A stretch of DNA of 64,000 nucleotides from a virus (lineage: Duplodnaviria; Caudoviricetes). The stretch is taken from IMG/VR virus record IMGVR_UViG_3300033121_001789, positions 45,853 to 109,852 of that record; one strand, written 5' to 3'. The notes below the pieces were generated by a model. The model worked only from the letters and a program-made list of their open reading frames with translations. It was not told the DNA's origin and made no database searches. A program made the position numbers and the translations under genes. Positions 58,655 to 64,000 of the stretch are shown here, one piece after another; position 1 is the first letter of the stretch, and each line of letters starts with the position of its first letter.

Positions 58655-61600
58655 TTAAGATGTTATAAACCCACCTGCTTGAATTGCTCCGGTTCTAAGT
58701 ATTGTAATGTTATTTACGATAATACCCATACCCTTAATTGGTTCAACATATGTATCAAGTACCCCTATCTGGTTATCGATGATTTCGGATGTATTATTCT
58801 CCTCATCACATTTATTAAAGTAATTGTATAGTCCATTTTTAGAAACATAAGTTTCGCAAATAACGTCTGCTCTTAATTTAATCTCAGCTCTTATTTCTGG
58901 AGTATTAAATTTCCATTGGAAGTCTAACAACATTCTTGATAATTCTCTTTCCAATTCTATAAGCACCTCTCTTACATGTATATAAGACAATGCTGATTTA
59001 TACAAAGTTTGAGCTGTATTTTCTGTCTCAATAATGTATCCTCTATTTCTTTTGAATACAATTGGATTCATTTGTGCTTGGTTTAACCATTCGATATCTT
59101 CTGGTACAAAGTCATGCTCTAATCCAGCAATGTTTGTAATTCTACCATTTGTGACACCAGCTGCTATTGTCCAAGGAACAATTGAAGTAAGTGTTGAATT
59201 GTGTTTTCTCATATAAGTCAACCCTACATATGCTGATGGTGGAACATCTATCGGTCTACCATTATCATTTACTGTTACATATGGAGCAAAATAACCAACT
59301 GCAGAAACACCACGACCATCACCAAATGAGTACAAGAATGCTGGATTGCTCTCAGGATCGCCTCCCTTAGCAATAAACTCAGCCTGTAAAACTCCATTAC
59401 TATCAACAAAGGATGGTGAGCTAGAGTTTTTAAATGATCTCATAGAAGGCATATTTAATATACCAAAACAATCCAATCTTTCCCCACATATATCAACAAG
59501 TGGTTGTTTGCTTCTTTCAGTTAATCCTAATCCAAAAGAGTCTACTAAATATCTAAAATCGAATGATTCTTTATTAGTTATAGCTTTGAATAAAGGTGTC
59601 CCTTTAGAAACAAGATCCAATATATTAGATTGCTTACTTTCGGTACCATCAGGCATTGAATCTTGACGTATTCTAAATCCTTTTAAGCTAATAGCTTTAT
59701 ATGTAGAAACATAATCATCTATCGATGTATATCTAAACGTTTGTCTATCACCATCTCCAAAATCACTAATTTTAATTTCAGCATCACAGGAAATTTCAAC
59801 CAAACTACTATCACCTGACCAAACTTTCTTAGAAAGAATTCTTGTTAATTTCTTTGGCATTTGATCTGATTCCAAAACATCAGATGCTGTTCCATAAACC
59901 GCTTCAAGATAGTCACCAACCTTAACTTCTGTATATCGTGCTCCACGAACAAGTATTTTGTTTGGAAGTCTTGTGTAGTTAGCAGGCTCCTCTATCTCAA
60001 TAGATTGTTTATAGTTAGAATCAAGTGATTTAACATAAATTGTATTGTTTGACCAAAGTGGTTCAGGAGACAAACTTGTAGCTATTCCAGCCAAAGGAAC
60101 TTCTGATTGTAGCAAATAGTCCTCAAAGTTTATCTTCAGATTATTTTTGCTATCAATATGAGCATCTATATAAATAGGTCTGTCATCAAATGAATCACTA
60201 TATGCAAATAAATTAACAACATTAGATAAAAACTCATCACTCACAGATTGTTCAATTTCAAAAGCATAATAGCTATATGTAGCGGATGCTGAGAATCCAT
60301 AAACATTTCCACTAAGAGCATCTAGTATATAAGCTCTATTTGTAGCTCCAGTTGGAAGAGTACCAACATATGATGGATTTTCAGAGGAATCTAACCCCTC
60401 ATCAGTTTTAACTTTAAATGCACCGCTATTTAGAACTCCTGTCATCAAAAATTGATATCCAGCAGACACTTCATCAAATAGTGCATTATTTTGATCTATG
60501 ATATCACTTCTTGTAAATGGTGATGTGAAGTTTTCGCCTATATAATCACTTTCAACTTGATTAACCGCAAATACGATATAATCGTATCCAGCAATAGAAG
60601 CTGTTACTGATTCTCCAGATATAAAATATGCCTGTAATGGAGAGAAATTAGATTTTTGATAAATAACATCTCCACTATTTATAAATCCATCATAGAATTT
60701 TTGATATATTGTTGAGTATCTACCAGCTACTCCATATGTTGCAGCTATAGTACTCTTTGTCTCAACCCCTTCAGTACCAAGGATAAACTCGTCATCCAAT
60801 TTATAAAATACTAAAGGTAAGTTTGCATCAACTAATGATATAACATCCACCTCGGTAGCAAAATAATTATCAACATATCCATCCTCAACAACAACATTTG
60901 ATGTTAAAGCAGTTGAGAAGTTAACATTAATATCAAAGGATCTATTAAGGGTATTAATATCTTTAATATTAGTAATGCTAAAGAAGCTTAAACTTGCCTT
61001 TTCGCTATATCCATATAATGGATATGTATTTGGAATTGGATCTAATAGAAGACATCCCTTATATGAATTTGCAGAATTAGTGTAATCTAATAAACTATTA
61101 AATGTTTTAATTCTTCTATATCTTTCATAATCTCTTGGTGAGATGCTTTGGTTTGTATCATTAAAAGTAACTCTGAATGATGCAGAACCTGTTATGGTAT
61201 ATGAATAATCAACATCAAATACGAGTGATTTAAATGTTGAATCACCTCCAGATGAAGCAACTCTTGTGTTAATTGTCACATCATGGAATGTAAAGTTTGA
61301 AAAAGTATTTCCAAAACAACTAAATGATGCATATCCTAATACTATATCTGTTGCTGCTGGAAGCGGCTTAGTATTATATGATAATGTTTGTAAAACTTTA
61401 ATATCTCCACTATTATCCAAAACAAAAGCTGCATAATATGAGTGTGTCGCTGTAAGAGAATTAGAATAATATGAAGGCTTCAAAACATGTGTACCATTTG
61501 TACCACCATTCAATGCTGTATCTGTTATTTCAATCAATTCTCCACCAATAACACCATATGGGTTTTGTGATGTTGGATCAACATCATAAACGACAGAAAT

Positions 61601-62908
61601 TGTACCTGATGTCATAGAATATGTTCCGAAAATATCGTTAACATATCCTTCTGTAAACCAGTATGTTCTTTCTTTAGATGTAATATATCCTTCCTTAACA
61701 CCACCCTTTACTCCATTTGAATTCATATCTGAACTTAAATAAGAGTGATTTAAAGCGGCACTTGGTTTAGATTGTGTTCCAAATAAAGCCATTACGTTAC
61801 CCGGTCTATCAAGAACTCTCTGTGTAAATGGATTACTTTCAGATATCGTCTCCTTATAAGAAAGGAAGTTAATTTTAACCTCACCATCTGAAGAGTTATC
61901 ATTAGAATCCAAAGATCCGTAATATGTATAGTCAGATGTTGGCGGATTAGATGTCAAATCATCACCAACTAAATTATTTCCTATTAAATCTACCAATCCT
62001 TTAGGATAGTCTGTTTCGAATAAGTCAGAATTAAATGAACAGAATACTCCATGTTGATCAGTTCCTCTATTTATAACAGTTTCGATGAAAATATTGGTTC
62101 CATTTCCATCTCTGAAATAAGGAATTAATGATAATCCATCCAAATATGCCAATGTTGTAACATTCCTATCGTTTGTGAAATTCAAAACTTGATCTTTTCT
62201 TAACCCATCACTTGTAAAATAATTACTAAATCTTGGATCCACAGATAATGATCTATAGTCGGAATAATCACCTGCTATTACAACAACATCTACCAAATAA
62301 TCAGATGCTAAATCTGTTGGGTAAACATAGGGAGGTAATTTTTCAATTCCACCATACCACTCTAACATTGGTCTATCAAATCCAACTTTTTTGGACTTAT
62401 AAACAAATATAGTTACATATTTATCAGATAGGTTTGTAAAGTTCAAAACTCTATTTTCATATCCTAAATTTTCCTTTGTGACATTAATAAAAGACTCAGT
62501 ATCTCTCTTCCAGAATCCTGTTGTATCAAAAAATCTTCTATATGGTGCTAATCTCTCAACATCATTTTGTGCTGTTGTTGAACAAGAAACAGACTGATAT
62601 TCAATTTGATCAAGAGTATCATCTGTTAACAATAAATTGATAGCATAAACTGGAGAAGACTCTAACATTTTAGCTATAGTTCTATGAAAAAATGATCCTT
62701 TTCTTTCCAATTGTCTATCAACAGAACCAAAAATCCTATCTAAATCGCCTAAACTCTTTAATGCAATAGGCGTATTTACAGGTCCTTTTTTGGAGACACC
62801 AATGATTGTGTTTGAAATGCCATCTACAATCGGACTTGAAATTGGTGATTTATCAAACTCCTCAATGAAGATTCCTGGTCTTTTGTATTTACCGATTTGG
62901 ATTGCCAT
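58655..62908 (-). CDS. gp18: contractile tail sheath protein (gp18-like), 1417 aa
   Basis: RPGIFIEEFD, GVSKKGPVNTP, VPPSAYV, WTIAAG..NG, MNPI, SALSYIHVRE, FNTPEIR. Confidence 0.93.
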   Translation of the reverse strand: MAIQIGKYKRPGIFIEEFDKSPISSPIVDGISNTIIGVSKKGPVNTPIALKSLGDLDRIFGSVDRQLERKGSFFHRTIAKMLESSPVYAINLLLTDDTLDQIEYQSVSCSTTAQNDVERLAPYRRFFDTTGFWKRDTESFINVTKENLGYENRVLNFTNLSDKYVTIFVYKSKKVGFDRPMLEWYGGIEKLPPYVYPTDLASDYLVDVVVIAGDYSDYRSLSVDPRFSNYFTSDGLRKDQVLNFTNDRNVTTLAYLDGLSLIPYFRDGNGTNIFIETVINRGTDQHGVFCSFNSDLFETDYPKGLVDLIGNNLVGDDLTSNPPTSDYTYYGSLDSNDNSSDGEVKINFLSYKETISESNPFTQRVLDRPGNVMALFGTQSKPSAALNHSYLSSDMNSNGVKGGVKEGYITSKERTYWFTEGYVNDIFGTYSMTSGTISVVYDVDPTSQNPYGVIGGELIEITDTALNGGTNGTHVLKPSYYSNSLTATHSYYAAFVLDNSGDIKVLQTLSYNTKPLPAATDIVLGYASFSCFGNTFSNFTFHDVTINTRVASSGGDSTFKSLVFDVDYSYTITGSASFRVTFNDTNQSISPRDYERYRRIKTFNSLLDYTNSANSYKGCLLLDPIPNTYPLYGYSEKASLSFFSITNIKDINTLNRSFDINVNFSTALTSNVVVEDGYVDNYFATEVDVISLVDANLPLVFYKLDDEFILGTEGVETKSTIAATYGVAGRYSTIYQKFYDGFINSGDVIYQKSNFSPLQAYFISGESVTASIAGYDYIVFAVNQVESDYIGENFTSPFTRSDIIDQNNALFDEVSAGYQFLMTGVLNSGAFKVKTDEGLDSSENPSYVGTLPTGATNRAYILDALSGNVYGFSASATYSYYAFEIEQSVSDEFLSNVVNLFAYSDSFDDRPIYIDAHIDSKNNLKINFEDYLLQSEVPLAGIATSLSPEPLWSNNTIYVKSLDSNYKQSIEIEEPANYTRLPNKILVRGARYTEVKVGDYLEAVYGTASDVLESDQMPKKLTRILSKKVWSGDSSLVEISCDAEIKISDFGDGDRQTFRYTSIDDYVSTYKAISLKGFRIRQDSMPDGTESKQSNILDLVSKGTPLFKAITNKESFDFRYLVDSFGLGLTERSKQPLVDICGERLDCFGILNMPSMRSFKNSSSPSFVDSNGVLQAEFIAKGGDPESNPAFLYSFGDGRGVSAVGYFAPYVTVNDNGRPIDVPPSAYVGLTYMRKHNSTLTSIVPWTIAAGVTNGRITNIAGLEHDFVPEDIEWLNQAQMNPIVFKRNRGYIIETENTAQTLYKSALSYIHVREVLIELERELSRMLLDFQWKFNTPEIRAEIKLRADVICETYVSKNGLYNYFNKCDEENNTSEIIDNQIGVLDTYVEPIKGMGIIVNNITILRTGAIQAGGFITS

Positions 62909-62972
62909 ATTATATAAATTTATTTTTTATTTATGTTATATATTAATAAAAAAATGCGACTTTTATCTATTT

Positions 62973-63548
62973 CTAAGTCATATTCTTAATTTTCTGCTCC
63001 TCAATTTTCATCTGAGATTCAAAGTTTTTAATTTTTGTTTGATAGTTTTTATCAAACAATCCTAACTCTTTTTTATCATCAATGATTTTTTGTGAGATAT
63101 CCTTAAGATAATTTCTTGTCTTTTCAATCTGTTGTTGTATCTTGACTTTTTGATCATTATCTGATATCTTGTTAAAGTCCTGAGTTAATGAATCTAATTG
63201 TTTCTGTAATTCTGACTTCTTTGATACACTATCTTGTGTTGATAATGACAACTTATCGGCTGATCTTTTTAATCTATAAATACCTTCATATTCAACCAAA
63301 TACTTATTTCTTTTTTTCACATCCTTTTCATTATTATAAACCTTTAATTGCATTTCTTTATTAATTAAATCATCAGATTTATTAATATCCTTAAAAATGT
63401 CAATGACTGATTGTTTTTTAGACTTAAAAAATAATATATCGGACTGAATCATTTTTAATGATTCTTGATTTACTTTATCATTCTCAATTGATACTTCATC
63501 TAATGAATCAGCTTCTAAAAAAAGCTGATATTTCTTAATATATCTCAT
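62973..63548 (-). CDS. coiled-coil protein with CTS-like N-terminus
   Basis: MRYIKKYQLFLEA. Confidence 0.7.
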   Translation of the reverse strand: MRYIKKYQLFLEADSLDEVSIENDKVNQESLKMIQSDILFFKSKKQSVIDIFKDINKSDDLINKEMQLKVYNNEKDVKKRNKYLVEYEGIYRLKRSADKLSLSTQDSVSKKSELQKQLDSLTQDFNKISDNDQKVKIQQQIEKTRNYLKDISQKIIDDKKELGLFDKNYQTKIKNFESQMKIEEQKIKNMT

Positions 63549-63580
63549 ATATCTATATATAAGAATTAAATAAGATTATA

Positions 63581-64000
63581 TTATTTTATTTTACCAGTAT
63601 ATTTAGATTTTACACCTGATATAGCGGAATCATATTCAGATTCATCTATAAGTCCTCTTTTATATTTATCTTGAATTTCCGACAATTCTGATAGAAATGA
63701 CCAAAATATTTGTATTATTTTGGGACTAACTAATGTTTTTCCTTCCTGTCCTCTAATGTCAGATATTAGATGTTTTCCATTTATAGCTAATGAATAGTCA
63801 TTCTCCTTTCTATTTCCCCAGATTTTAGAACTAGTTCTATGCTTTGAATAATTTTTAATTACCGCGATATCGATGTTTTTGGATTTTGGTTTATTTAAAG
63901 ACTTAAAATCTGTTTCTTTTTTTGAAGTTATCTCAGTTCTTTCTGGATTTTTTAATCCTCTTTTCTTAATTCGATAGTTGGGATCTACATCTTCTCTAAC
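63581..64000 (-). CDS. hypothetical protein, C-terminal part (start outside window)
   Basis: 140-codon open frame ending ...SKYTGKIK-TAA. Confidence 0.65.
   Translation of the reverse strand, partial: VREDVDPNYRIKKRGLKNPERTEITSKKETDFKSLNKPKSKNIDIAVIKNYSKHRTSSKIWGNRKENDYSLAINGKHLISDIRGQEGKTLVSPKIIQIFWSFLSELSEIQDKYKRGLIDESEYDSAISGVKSKYTGKIK

Larger units (their letters stand above)
2166..63560. promoter_or_regulatory. recurrent late-promoter-like motif (T)AATATATA upstream of about 20 genes
   Basis: Examples: 2166, 4442, 8557, 12131, 17186, 27302, 28470, 45231, 51429 (+); 23765, 30111, 32344, 33055, 40077, 44233, 51402, 58570, 62937 (-). Confidence 0.75.

Noticed and set aside
1548-63065. Short antisense or alternate-frame ORFs in the track (e.g. 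1548-1742, 3404-3826, 34440-34745, 35896-36147, 37941-38171, 59346-59666)
   Set aside because: They lie inside well-supported genes, and their odd composition mirrors the sense-strand codon bias or repeats.
1-64000. Genome-wide stop-codon reassignment (TGA=Trp or TAG=Gln), suggested by the RF gene
   Set aside because: Code 11 gives dense, full-length genes. TGA ends several genes with ATGA coupling and TAG ends others (e.g. 3669, 30141, 39729).

Overview
AT-rich segment of a large (jumbo) T4-like myovirus genome, probably infecting Bacteroidota. The host inference rests on TAnnTTTG promoter elements, little Shine-Dalgarno signal and a tmRNA tag starting with Gly. The right half holds a T4-type virion module: gp23 capsid, fused gp21/gp22 protease-scaffold with 14-aa repeats, gp20 portal, gp2, gp4, a gp55-like sigma, gp15, gp25, a large baseplate protein, gp19 and gp18, plus gp44 and gp47. 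The left half holds replication and metabolism genes (N-terminal half of a split PolB, DinG-like helicase, ThyA, NEIL1-like glycosylase, Dam, NADAR) and many accessory ORFs. Five or six free-standing homing endonucleases and one intein are scattered through the window. The ORF track misses a translation-rescue set: (i) an RF1-type release factor lacking domain 1 and interrupted by one in-frame UGA, behind a UAG-terminated leader peptide and hairpin; (ii) a 368-nt tmRNA with an unusually long 29-aa tag. An NFACT-R protein and an N-domain-less ClpC-like ATPase may belong to the same set. Two apparently non-overlapping peptide 'address labels' recur across unrelated ORFs: an N-terminal T4 capsid-targeting-like motif and a C-terminal R-D-x-K/I-I/L-x-x-I/L-I/L motif. 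A TAATATATA late-promoter-like motif is also genome-wide. All family assignments come from motif recognition by eye, not from database searches.
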